A DNA stretch of 64,000 nucleotides, from contig NW_024704742.1 of the NCBI RefSeq assembly GCF_018977255.1, positions 93,312,001-93,376,000 on the forward strand, given 5' to 3'. The notes under the pieces are model-generated. The model had not been told where the DNA came from. It saw nothing but the letters and a program-made list of their open reading frames with translations, and did no database searches. Position numbers and translations under genes: made by a program. This document shows, in pieces, positions 24,901-36,397 of this stretch. This stretch comes from Callorhinchus milii. Lineage: Eukaryota. The stretch's first letter is position 1. The number at the start of each line of letters is the position of its first letter.

Positions 24901-27900
24901 GGGATGCTTGGGAACTGGTTTGAGGACAGATCTAACAAGGTGAGGTTTTGTAGATCACGTAGCTGAAACACAGAATCATAGAAATGTATAGCACAGAAGG
25001 AAGTCATTCAGCCCATCATACCTGTCTGGCTCTCTGAAAGCATAATCCATTTAGTCCCGTTCTCCTGCCTTTTTCCTACACCTTTTTATATTTGTCCTTT
25101 TCAGATACTTATCTAATTACCTCTTAAAAAGTTCATTTGGATTCTGCCTAAACTACCTTGTACCTTGCTTGTACATTCTTTAGATAACAGAAATAGCTCT
25201 GAACATCTCAAACAGCAGCCAATACGTACAACACATTCAGCACAAGGTCATTTATAGAATCTTACTGTTGGCATCACTTGCATCAGTACTTTCTCTTTTC
25301 CTGTAGGAGTCCTGGAGCGTAGTGGTTTGAGCACTTGCCTCGCAAGCGAGAGGACCCGTTTGATTCCCATTTGGCGAGAAACCTTAGGTAAGTTTCCTTA
25401 CTACACACACCTCTAGCAGTAAGTCAGAACCTGATTGTTAGCCGATTCTGACATTGCTTTCTGGGGTTAATAATCTCTTATAATAATCTCTTATATTTTA
25501 TATATTATATATATTATATATATGAATGAATGAATGAATGAATGAATGAATGAATGAATGAATGAATGAATGAATGAATGAATGAATCGGTCACTCTGTG
25601 CACGACTGTTTGTGGGACACTACTGTGTGCAATTGGCTGCTGCGTTTTGCCCACAAAATATACAATCAATTCACTTTAGAGTAAATTCTGTGAGGCGCTT
25701 TGAGACGTCTCAACAAGGTGATAAGGGGCTATATCAAATGCAAGGATTATTATTAAGATTATTATTAGGATTATTTTCTACTTGCTATTTTTATAACAAG
25801 GGTGGATTTTATACCACAGAGGCCATTTTTTGAGGATCATCACACATTACGGATGTGAATAATGTACACAAGACTCGCAGAATTTGAGCAACAGTTGAAC
25901 TTTCAGTTGAATGAAGGAGATGCCTTGTCTCCGCTTTGAATAAAGTGTTTGGTTTATGGGTGTGTTTTTTTCTTTGTTGGCATTTTTTTGTTCCGTTTTC
26001 TTTTAATGTTTGGGCAGGTGTTTTTGGCATGATTGTGTTCTGTATCATCTGAATGAAATACAACAACAACAACAACAACAAGATTCCATTTATAAAGCGC
26101 CTTTCACGTCAGGAGGACGTCCCAAGGCGCTGCACAGTTGGGTCATGACCCGAGCAGGGGGGAAATGGTCAGGGTGAGGGGAGGGAAGGAGCGAGGAGGG
26201 GGGAAATGGTCAGGGTGAGGGGAGGGAAGGGAGGGAGCGAGGAGGGGGAAGAGAGTCGAGAGGGGAGCTGAAGGCTCGGTCAAATAGATTGTACATTGGT
26301 ACAAATACTTAAGTCAAATCAGTATTACTTTAGCTTTCAAGTTTAGGTTACAGTTTGGGTTTTACAGATTTCAATGAATGTTTTCATTCACTATATCAAA
26401 ATCGCAGCAAGAAAGAAATCTGATGGAAAAAGTCAACATAAGAGTTCACTACTGAAGTGGCAATTTGTCTTAATGTAACATTTTACATTGAAGGCATTGA
26501 AAGTGCAGACAAGAGGGCAAATTGGAGAGATTCCAGGCTGGATTTTAAATGCATTTTTTTAAAAAAAACAATGATAATTAACACATTGACTGATTCTCAG
26601 ATGTGCAAAACTCCACTGACACCGTTTTCAATGCTGCAGAAGTTGGCAACACTATACACTGGACTTGCAGGTAGCAGCATTTAACAGAATCAAGCTCAGA
26701 AGAAGAAAGTTGAACATTTGAGATTTAATTGCTTTACACAAAGTGATGCAGATTTGAAATAGGCTACCCAGGGAGGTAGATTGTTTTAGCAAATTCAGGA
26801 GAAAATTAAGTTGCTGTTTTGCAAAGAGATCTTGTGCAATCATATGTTCCTAACTTCAATAACAGAGGGTCTTAATTGAATCTGGAAATAATAACAGTAC
26901 TATTTAATGTGGGCGTGCTGTCAAATCAGAATTGTTATCTACAGATTCCATCTTTCATGACACCATAAGATATCGCTCCTGGCATGTGAAACTTGTGACA
27001 GTTCAGTAAACTTTTTTAAAAAAAGTTATTGAGTTGGCACAATGGTTGAACACTTGCTCCTGATTGCTTTGGTTACCAGTCTAATTGCAAAGGAAATCAA
27101 ACGTCAACTTGGGACGTTCTCCCGACGTGAAAGGCACTCTATAAATGCAATCTTGTTGTTGTTGTTATGGAATGAATTGTTCAGACAGCACTGTGGCGAC
27201 ATGAGCTGTGGAGAAGAATGTACTACATTTCTGAACTCATGGAAAAAATGCAAACAGCATTCAAACGTTCATTTAAAAAACACACATACCTCGGTGTTTG
27301 TTTTCATAATGTTATTAGAGTCAATCTCACCAGGCTCTTCAATAACATTAAAAAACAAAGATTTGATTTCAGTGTTTCGCACATAATCCAAGGTGCCCTG
27401 CTCCACATGCCAAAGACTTGTGTTTGTTTTTTTACTGACCTTGATTCATGATGTAGAACAGGAAGTATGAATCTGGCTTCCCGCTCTACATTATTATTAT
27501 ATTATTATGAACAAAATTGGTACTCTCAGCTAGTTAGAATTTCACTCTCCAGTCGCATATGCTCTGATGTAAACCAAAGAAAGATATCAAATAACTGAAA
27601 CGTAGAAAACAACATACACACACAGTTAAAAACAATTAAACATATTATGTTACTGGAATCACATGAGCAAGACTGCTAAGTCTGACATTTTTCTGAGCTG
27701 ATCGAAGGAGCTTTGCCTGAACCTTGGCTTCAACTCCAGTCCTCCCAATAATATGCGGAGTGGTGTCGCTCAAGCGAGAAACCTGACTTTGATTTCCGGC
27801 AAGGCAAAACCTTGAGCAAGTTTCCTTACTCCTCACGCCTGACAATAATCCCTCAAGAAAAAAACCAATAATAAATTGGTCACTTCAATCCATGACTGTT

Positions 27901-30900
27901 TGTGGGACACTGCTGTGTGCAATTGGCTACAGTATTTCGCTCACAAATATACAGTCAATTCACTTTACAGTATATTCTGTGAAGTGCTTTGAGACATCTA
28001 GAAGATGTGAAAAGCGCTATATTAAATGCAAGGAGTATTATTATTATCATAGGATCATATAATATCCCTTGCAAAAATTTTAACTCTTGGCCTCTCTGTA
28101 TGCCACACGAGCACTAAAAAACGAATTTTTGTTCAGAAGTATTTCCAGATGGAACAAAGGCAGATACTAAATTAAAAATTCCTGCATTTGTTTAATTATC
28201 TTGAACGTAACTTGGATCCTTTGTAAGATGCCAACCAAATGGCAAATTGTTCATGGCATCAAATAACACAAAATAAGTTAAAACATCTTCTGCAGCTCAT
28301 TGAAGTACAACATGGGTATAATACTTAGCATTAATTTTAAAAGGAATGTTACCAGTTATCTATTTATCAGTTTGGTCAATCAAATTTCGGAACCACTAAG
28401 GAAGTGGTACAGACTATTTACTGCTTGTTGTTTGGGTGGTTAAGAGTCTCTGTGACATTGTAAACAGTGCAGCTGGAAGTAATATTCAGTTATTCCACAT
28501 ATTTAAAGGAATTGTCAAGGACAAAGTCTTACAAAACACAGAGGCTTTTTTTTTAAGCAAAAACTGTTATTGAATTTAATCTGCGTTTGAAATAAATTGT
28601 TGGCAAAGCGCTCCAAGACATTGCCTTGGTGAAGGGTGCTATATAAATGCAAGTTATTGTTGAAAAAATAACAACTACGATTTAAACCACTTATTTATCC
28701 TCTACTTTCCTGCTTAGAAAAAAATCACATCTGTATTTATTGATCAACCATTAAAATGGCCCATATATCCGGATGGGCAACATGGAGGAGAGTTTGCATG
28801 GGAATGAAGGTCCGTATTAGTGAGCTGTTGGTAGCCAGCATAAGTTTATGAATGAGTTTCTGTCTTGTTTATCTACGTGCTTCATGTCTTTCCCTCCGTC
28901 ATTTTCTGTCACTGTTCTCCCTCTTTATCCCTATTCAATCTGTCAGTCGATTTCTCTTCTGCCTTTTGGATCTCTTTATCTCACGCTATCTCACTCACAA
29001 GATATTATACCCTTAGATTGTCAATAGGTCAACAGGCCAAGGGAATGCCTGTATCACTGAGTCAGCTGGTTTTCAGCTCATGCATAAATGCATAAAACTA
29101 TTTTAATTAGAAATATAAACTTTGAAAAAATAATGTTATTCACCCTCCAATTCCTTTTCCCTAACTGTTTTATTTTCTTCTGCCTGCTTTACATATTTCT
29201 ATCATCTATATCTCCTGAGCTGTCCAAAATTCTCTAAAATTTTATTTTGTTCCACCATCCATTTTGAAGTCAGGAGAAACTTTGGTTTTGTTTAAAAGAA
29301 AAGGTTTTACACAGCTCCCAGAGCAAATGTAGCTCCAAAAGAGTGGAAATTGATATGATCATTTCTCAGACACAAGGTCAATCTCTGATGTATTTTTACA
29401 CGTCAAAATAAGAAAGGCTGCCAACAAGAGAACATATCCTCTACAACATCCAGTTGGAAGAGATAATATAGCTTCAAAGACTTTATGGAACTGTGAACAT
29501 AACTATCTGGGTATTTTATCAAAATATCAAATGTCTCTGAAGTACACAGCAGATGGTACAGAACACTGCCCTCTGGAGGTTGCACATGGCTCAGTGCCTT
29601 AGCACCCAGATCTCCATTAGAAAACATAAGAATCCTTGCGTTTGATGGAGCACCTTATAACATTGTTGAGGCATCTCAAAGCACTTCATAGGATTTTATT
29701 GTGAGACGTGTATTTGTAGGCAAACATAACAACCCATTTGCACATCTGAATGTCCCCAAAACAACCAATTTTACTTGAGTGGGGGAGGGATTGATGATCA
29801 GGATATTGGGAGAAACTCCCTTCTCTTTTCAAATAGTGCCATGAGATGTTCAACATCAGGCCAAACAGGCAGACGGGACCTCAGTTTAATTTCTCATTTG
29901 AAGAGACAGCACCTCTGACAATGTAACTCTCCCCGGGGTATTAGAATGTTAACCTAAACAATAAGTCCCTATAATAATAATACAGGACTCCCTATGTACA
30001 GGTTGGATGCATGACCTGCTGACTCAGAGGTGAGATTGCTACCAACTGAGTCAAACTGAGCCAAACACAAATGAGCTGAATGCCCTTCTTCTTCCATACC
30101 TCTCTTTGGATCTTGTTATCTCATTAAAGGACGTTACCTCAAATGGTAGTCCTGACAGCTCCATGTTATTTGATACATTCAGCTTCTCTAGGTTTTCACA
30201 ATTGCCAAGATCTGGTGGGACGCTGGTGAGTTTGTTGAAACTAACATTCAATTCCTTCAGTTTGGTCAGCTTGCCTGTCAAAACACAACCACAAGACTGT
30301 CAGTTTACAACAGTTTTTCATTCTTATTCTAAGAGAGTATTGGGGTTAGTGAGGCAAAAAAAACAGTCAAAGTTTCTGCTCCAAATCATTATCCAGCAAC
30401 CTTTTCTGGAAAGTGAGTATTTGGGGAATTCAAGCTAGTACAGCATTCATTCCCTTGTGGTGATGCCCATGCCACAGTTAAATAGATAGCATTTTAATCC
30501 ACAGCAGATGAACCAGTAATATTCACCTATGGAATGAATGGAAATATATTACAGCTCATGCTTCTACTGTCACATTGCTAACGTCAAACTGGAAAATCTA
30601 GGACACTGATTCCTTGAGTACATAATTCGGTGTTAATTCAAAGCAGGAAATGGATACCATGGAAACTAATATAGCCTGATTAAAAGAGCACTGCATGCTT
30701 TGATCACAGACTAAGAATCTGTTGACAAATGCCAGACCAATTCAATAAAGAGATAAGTAACTAACGGCATGGAAGAACAATACCAAAGCCAGCATTTAAT
30801 TTTCATTAACATATAAAGTAATAGAAAAATAAGAACTTACATTTTTATAATGTCTTATGTGTAGACATGTCTCAAAGTAATTATTTAACCATTTCAATTT

Positions 30901-33900
30901 ATATATTATGATATAAGAATTAGAAAAAGTTTATTAGATTCACTAGGTTAATAGTATGAAGTGCCCTGTGCATTGAAATTCTGGTTGGTGTTAAATATAC
31001 AAAGTACAATATTAAATTACATTTGTATAGTGCCTTTCACATTGAGAGGACATCCCGAGGCTTTGGGACATAGTACCTTTGGTGATGCACAATTATAATG
31101 GATAAATCCCCTGAGTGACTGACATTGCAAAAAGATGTTACATTTAACACCGAGTGGAATTTCAGTTCATTGGGGGCTAATCTCCAGAGGGTAGAATGCA
31201 TCTAACTAAACAGACTGATTCTACTGCTTGATAACTTTGTTCTGGGAAATCTGTGCCTCAACCCGGAGGATGATAAAGTGAGACAGATTCACCTGGTGGG
31301 TTCTGTCACCATGACACATGCTCAGCATTGTCAGATTCACCCCAACAGAAGGCCTATGGCTTATACTTATACCAAAATTAGTAAGCAAAAATATGAATGA
31401 AAATAGCACCATAATAAACCCAACCCTAGTAACATATGCATGAGCTACTCCTTTTACTGTATGAGATGGGACTCGGACATGCAATTGGCTAAATACTTCA
31501 CATTATCTACCATCAGCAAAGCCCTTGGTATACAAGAAATGCAAAATACTGCAGATGCTGGAAATCTGAAAACAAAAACAGAAGTCGCTGGGAACACTCA
31601 GCAGGTCAGGCAGCATCTGTGGAGAAAGGAAAGTGAGTCAACATTTCGGATTCACGACCCTTTGTCAGAACTGTGGCATGTTGGGAAGGAGAGGCTTTTA
31701 AAGACTAACAGAGAAGGGGGAATCAGGACAAGGAAGACAAAGAAAATGGGGAAGTTGCTGGGTTATTACTATATTTATTTCTGCTGTGGAGCTAACACAC
31801 AACCTCACACACATCACACAGCTGGATTTTCTTTTCTAGCAGCACAAAGGTAAATGTTAATACAGTGTAGAGTTAAGATCAGAGAAAGTGATAGAACAGC
31901 CACAGTCATAGAGAACAAAATGGAACTTCAGAGAGATTCAGAGAACAAGAGAGAGAGAGAGAGAGAGTGAAAGACGATGATGTTGTTCGCCTCAAAAGGG
32001 ATTGAGACATTTGGACAATAGCTAATAGAAAAAGAATGAAACATAAGCAGATTCTGTTTTCATTGGCTATTTTATAAGAATTTCAACGACTTTGAGGCTA
32101 GCATTTACAGCTGTCTTTCTCAGAAAGAGATGGATGATCAGGCAATGGACACAGAGATTAGTGCAAAAAGGTTTGGGACATTAGGCATGATTTTGTATGT
32201 TAACCTCTCCTCCCCTTATTGAAAGCAGGTGCTATGACAAACCAATGCATTCTGAAATGCTACAATTTTCAGCCCCAAATTAAATCTTAAATCACAAACT
32301 CAAACCAGAGCATCACATGGTCAGTACAAATGAAGCTTACCTATTGCTGCTGGCAGTTCCTCGATACAGTTCCTGGATAAATCTAACACAATCAGATCCT
32401 GAAACATTTCAATAAAGGCTGGAATGACTTGTATGCTTGTTTTCTGAATATGCCATTCTCTAAGGTAAGTCAAGTCTCTTAAGGAATCAGGAAGCTCCTG
32501 AAGCAAAAATGACATAAATCATATTAGAAAGTATTTATATTTTGTGGTAAATAGAAATGTCATACAGTGAGAGCAAGCATTTCTTATCATACCCCCTTGT
32601 AGATGTGAGAACAGACATGTACTGATATTATTTCTTAAAGGCCCAAACAGCCAGCTGTTGCCTTGCAATGTCTGAGGTAAGATTATCCAGATCATGCTCT
32701 TGCTTGAGATTAGTGGATTTATCTCCCTCATCCCTGTTCTACCGAGGTTGGTGACACATAAGAGACCCTGGGCACTCACACTCTGCATTTGACATCTTCA
32801 CTTGTAACGGAACACTCCTCTAGCACAGAGGCTAGAACCACTTCCACTTGATGAAGATGGCGTCGAGTATGTGGAACATACACATTAGGATGTGGAACGA
32901 ATACGATGGGCAAGACATGGAATAATCCTTCAAGTCCATCCATGTTGTACTACTACATGAGAAATTTCCTTTAGTGTAACTTGCCAACACCCAGAGATTA
33001 TACAGTTGCTTCTGTGTGATCTAAAGTTATAATGGGAAGCATAGTTTCCACAAACCTGCCACTGTAATCCAGATAGTTCAAAAATGAAGCTTTTCTCTTC
33101 GATTGTGATATCGTTTTTTTGTTTTGGCAAAATAAAGTTTCCATATCCAACCTGCTGAGTTGTTCGGGAGCTGCTTAAGTGATTTGGTCCAACACGAACT
33201 TCCCCATTTACTAGGTCCGTTCTCAGCGCACAATAATTTCTAATGGCCCTTTTTCTACATTCAATCAGCAATGTCCACTCCTCATTAATCCTTAAACAAA
33301 AGAATGATAAAATGAGATTACTACTGTGAGCCTGGCTAAATTGGTATCAGTCTCGCTTCTGAGTCAAAACGTTGTGGGTTCATGCCTTGTTAGAGGTGTT
33401 TGGAAGAGGTGTTAAACCTCATCCTCACCTACAAGGCCATTCACGACCTCGCTCCCTCCTACCTCTCCAACCTACTATCCCCCTATCTACCTGCCCATAC
33501 CCTCCATTCCTCTGGCTCCGGTCTGCTCCACATCCCCCGCCCCAACCGCCCTACCATCGGTGGCCGGACCTTCAGCCTCTCAGCCCCGAGGCTCTGGAAC
33601 TCTATCCCCCAGTGCCTTCGCCGCCTCCTCCCTTTCCTCCTTCAAGGCCGGTCTCAAGATCTTTCTCTTTGACCGTGCCTTCAGCTCCCCTCTCAACTCT
33701 CTACCCCCTCCTCGCCCCCTCCCTTCCCTCCCCTCACCCTGACTATTTCCCCCCTCCTCGCTCTCTCCCTTCCCTCCCCTCACCCTGACCATTGCCCCCC
33801 TGCTCGGGTCCTGACCCAACTGTCCAGCGCTTTGGGACGTCCTCCCAACGTGAAAGGCGCTCTATAAATGGAATCTTGTTGTTGTTGTTGTTGTTGTTGT

Positions 33901-34718
33901 AAACCAAGTAGGCTATTCCTCCACTGGAGGAATAAAGGTTAATCCCAATTCAGTTCTTACTTGAATCCACACCCCAGTTTGAATAATGCTCAGCAGCCAG
34001 AGTGCTGGCTGATTTTTTCTCTCTCTACCCTAGAGGACACTGGGTTCAATTATTAACTGCTGCCCATTTGAGATCAATGCACTCAGCATAAATCAGGGTT
34101 CAAGCCCATCACCTTCTATTTATGTAGTGCTCTACCAGCCAGTGGATTTACCCAGTAAGCCATTGGAGAAGGGTCTAATAATAATAATAGTAATAAAAAT
34201 AATAATACTTGCATTTGATATATAGCACCTTATAAATCTTTGAGACATCTCAAAGCACTTCACACAATAGACTGTAAAGTGGAATGTATATTTTATGGGT
34301 GAACGCAGCAACTAATTTGCACACGACAGTGTCCCACAAACAGCCATGGTGCGAGTGATCAATTTTATTCGGGGCTTTGTGTGCTTTTAATGACAAGCAG
34401 AAAAAAAGAGAAAATCTCATGCTTCGTATTTAACAAAAAAATATTTTATCATTGGTGCTACGATATGAATAAGTTGTCAGATTCAGCTGAATTTGGGCAC
34501 ACATGCTTCAGGAAACACTTTGGATGTGTTGGGTTTGCATTTATTACATTTGACTCATGTGCTAACCCGGATCTTAAAAGAAACTCAACTTACCTTGCTA
34601 GTGCACTCTTCTCCTGTCTTTCTCGCTCCCTCTTTTGCCGGTCTTTGTGTTTTTTTATTCTACCTTCCCATTTGGCTCTCAAAGTTGTCAAATTAACTGA
34701 AACAATAACAGGAGCCAT
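18906..34718 (-). CDS. LRRC2: Leucine-rich repeat-containing protein 2, complete CDS, 8 coding exons, 1140 nt / 379 aa
   Basis: All introns GT-AG with matching phases. N-terminus [28 protein letters not shown] array, and C-terminus [13 protein letters not shown], matching LRRC2 (human [13 protein letters not shown]) and not LRRC39. Head-to-head with TDGF1 as in human. Confidence 0.95.
21710..21846 (-). CDS. LRRC2: LRRC2 coding exon 7
   Basis: [45 protein letters not shown]+G|gtaatt. Confidence 0.92.
23303..23455 (-). CDS. LRRC2: LRRC2 coding exon 6
   Basis: [50 protein letters not shown]+AA|gtaagt. Confidence 0.95.
24817..24962 (-). CDS. LRRC2: LRRC2 coding exon 5
   Basis: [48 protein letters not shown]+AG|gtaact. 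Confidence 0.95.
24970..25160 (-). mobile_element. CR1 3' end abutting an LRRC2 splice acceptor
   Basis: Similar to the CR1 3' UTR at 36400-36560; ttctatgattctgtg tail. Confidence 0.8.
25306..25772 (+). mobile_element. Same SINE family with an internal (GAAT)n expansion
   Basis: Head, core and tail all recognisable. Confidence 0.85.
25522..25587. repeat. (GAAT)n microsatellite, about 16 units
   Basis: Direct inspection. Confidence 0.95.
26059..26283 (-). mobile_element. Young L2 3' UTR fragment
   Basis: Nearly identical to 7575-7800. Confidence 0.88.
27757..28047 (+). mobile_element. Same SINE family
   Basis: Partly deleted head, core and tail. Confidence 0.85.
29620..30055 (-). mobile_element. 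Older Deu-domain SINE, near full length
   Basis: Reverse copy of the 54560 family. Confidence 0.7.
30138..30274 (-). CDS. LRRC2: LRRC2 coding exon 4
   Basis: [45 protein letters not shown]|gtaacg. Confidence 0.95.
31531..31752 (-). mobile_element. Penelope-like element fragment with a decayed hammerhead motif
   Basis: Homologous to 46299-46520; contains a CTGACAA-stem-GAAATGTT motif on the minus strand. Confidence 0.6.
32341..32497 (-). CDS. LRRC2: LRRC2 coding exon 3
   Basis: [20 protein letters not shown]...[15 protein letters not shown]+G|gtaagc. Confidence 0.95.
33056..33290 (-). CDS. LRRC2: LRRC2 coding exon 2
   Basis: [14 protein letters not shown]...[13 protein letters not shown]|gtttgt. 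Confidence 0.9.
33418..33900 (+). mobile_element. Young 5'-truncated L2
   Basis: Same family as 9602; long (TTG)n tail; taaacc on both flanks (possible target-site duplication). Confidence 0.92.
34594..34718 (-). CDS. LRRC2: LRRC2 first coding exon (acceptor at 34764, so a 5' non-coding exon is likely upstream)
   Basis: [41 protein letters not shown]+AG|gtaagt. Confidence 0.9.
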
Positions 34719-35180
34719 GCTGACGTTTTCCACCACCTTTTAAAAAATCTTTTGGCAGAAGGGCCTGTGGTTCGGGGAAAAAGAACAGTTTGTATCACAG
34801 AATGTTAAATTTAGCAAAAGCACTTGTGAAAATTTTGTTGAACTTATGTTGAATGTGTGATGACATTTTTGGCATTTCCTGAAGTGTTTATTCACAACAA
34901 CAACTTGTATTTATATAGCGCCCTTCATATACGATAATGTCTCAGAGCACTTGACAAGGAACATATTACGAAACAACATCAATTTCACCTGTTTCCAAAA
35001 CTGATTCTCAGTATTTGCTGAACATGAAGTAAGAATAATAATTCTCACATTTGATATAGCGCCTTATCATATTAAAACATCTCAACAACAATGCATTTAT
35101 ACAGTGCACTTCACTTAGGATAACGTCTCAAAGTACTTTACAGGATTTATTGTAAAGTGAAATGAACATGCAGCCAATTT

Positions 35181-35508
35181 GGAGTCCTGTAGCTCAGTGG
35201 TTAGAGCACTCGCTTTGCAAGCGAGAGACCTGGGTTCAATTCCAGGCAGGTCAGGGCGAAACCTTGGGCAAGTTTCCTTACTCCACACGCCTAATAATAA
35301 TCCCTCCAAAACCAAAACCAAGAATAAAATTGGTCATTTTCAATCTACGACTGTTTGTGGGACATTGCTGTGCGCAATTGGCTGCCGCGTTCGCCCACAA
35401 ATATACAGTCAATTCACTTTACAGTGTATTCTGTAAAGCGTTTGGGACGTCCTCCCGACGTGAAAAGCGCTATATCAAATGCAAGGATTATTATTATTAT
35501 TATTATTA
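35181..35508 (+). mobile_element. Young tRNA(Ala-like)-derived Deu-domain SINE, full length
   Basis: A box tagctcagtgg, anticodon-like stem with TGC, B box ggttcaattcc, Deu-type core (tgtttgtgggacattgctgtgcgcaattggctgccgcg), L2-like tail, (TTA)n. Confidence 0.9.
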
Positions 35509-35877
35509 ATTTGTGCACAACAATATCCCACGAACAGCAATGAAGTGAATTTTCTCAGAGGGATTGTTGTCCAGGATATTGAGAGAAACTCTCTTCTCTT
35601 TTTGAAATGTGTCTTGAGCTCTTGAACATACAGCTATACAGACAGACTGTACTTCAGTTTACCATCTCATCTAAGGACGGCATCACTGACAATGCAGCTC
35701 TCTACTCCCCCAGCACAGCATTGGAATGTCACCCTGAACTTTGAGGTATGAGCTCAGATTCCCAACCCACAACCTTCTGATTCAGAAGCAAGATCGATAT
35801 CAACTAAGCCGAGAGCCAATGATGCATATGAAGTATATGGTTGCCACTCACATCAGTATCGGTCGGTCTTACAGCAC

Positions 35878-36263
35878 GGAGTCCTGTAGCTCAGTGGTTA
35901 GAGCACATGCCTCGCAAGTGAGTGACCTGGGTTCGATTCCCAGCCTGGCGAAATGTTGTGCAAGTTTCCTTACTCCACACGCCTCTGTTTAGCTAGCAAT
36001 AAGTAGGAACCCAGTTGTTAGTCGATTGGTGGATTGTTTTCCAAGGGATAATAATTCCTTCCAAAATTTTTTAAAAATAAATAATAGATTGCTTATTTCA
36101 ACCCATGACTGTTTGTGGGACACTGCTGTGTCAATTGGCTGCCACGTTTCGCCCACAAATATACATCAATTCACTTTACAGTATATTCTGTGAAGTGCTT
36201 TGAGACGTCTAGAAGACATGATAAGGCGTTATATCAAATGCAAGGATTATTATTATTATTTAT
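35878..36263 (+). mobile_element. Same SINE family, longer variant
   Basis: Extra ~65-nt internal segment shared with the copies at 25306 and 61021. Confidence 0.88.
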
Positions 36264-36397
36264 TGTGAAATCATGTATAAGTGAGATTAGGCATTGAGTC
36301 CACAGCCACCAGACTCCCGACACGAATGTACATCCATCAATATTAGTCACTGACACAGGTAGTAGGCCTAGCACGATTATATGTAGCCATGTCCAGC

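Noticed and set aside
18906..34718. Calling the LRR gene LRRC39 because of the SASS6 neighbour
   Set aside because: The [14 protein letters not shown]-terminus and TDGF1 adjacency indicate LRRC2.
35181..35255. tRNA-Ala-like cloverleaf
   Set aside because: It is a SINE head, followed by the core and tail in every copy; not a tRNA gene.
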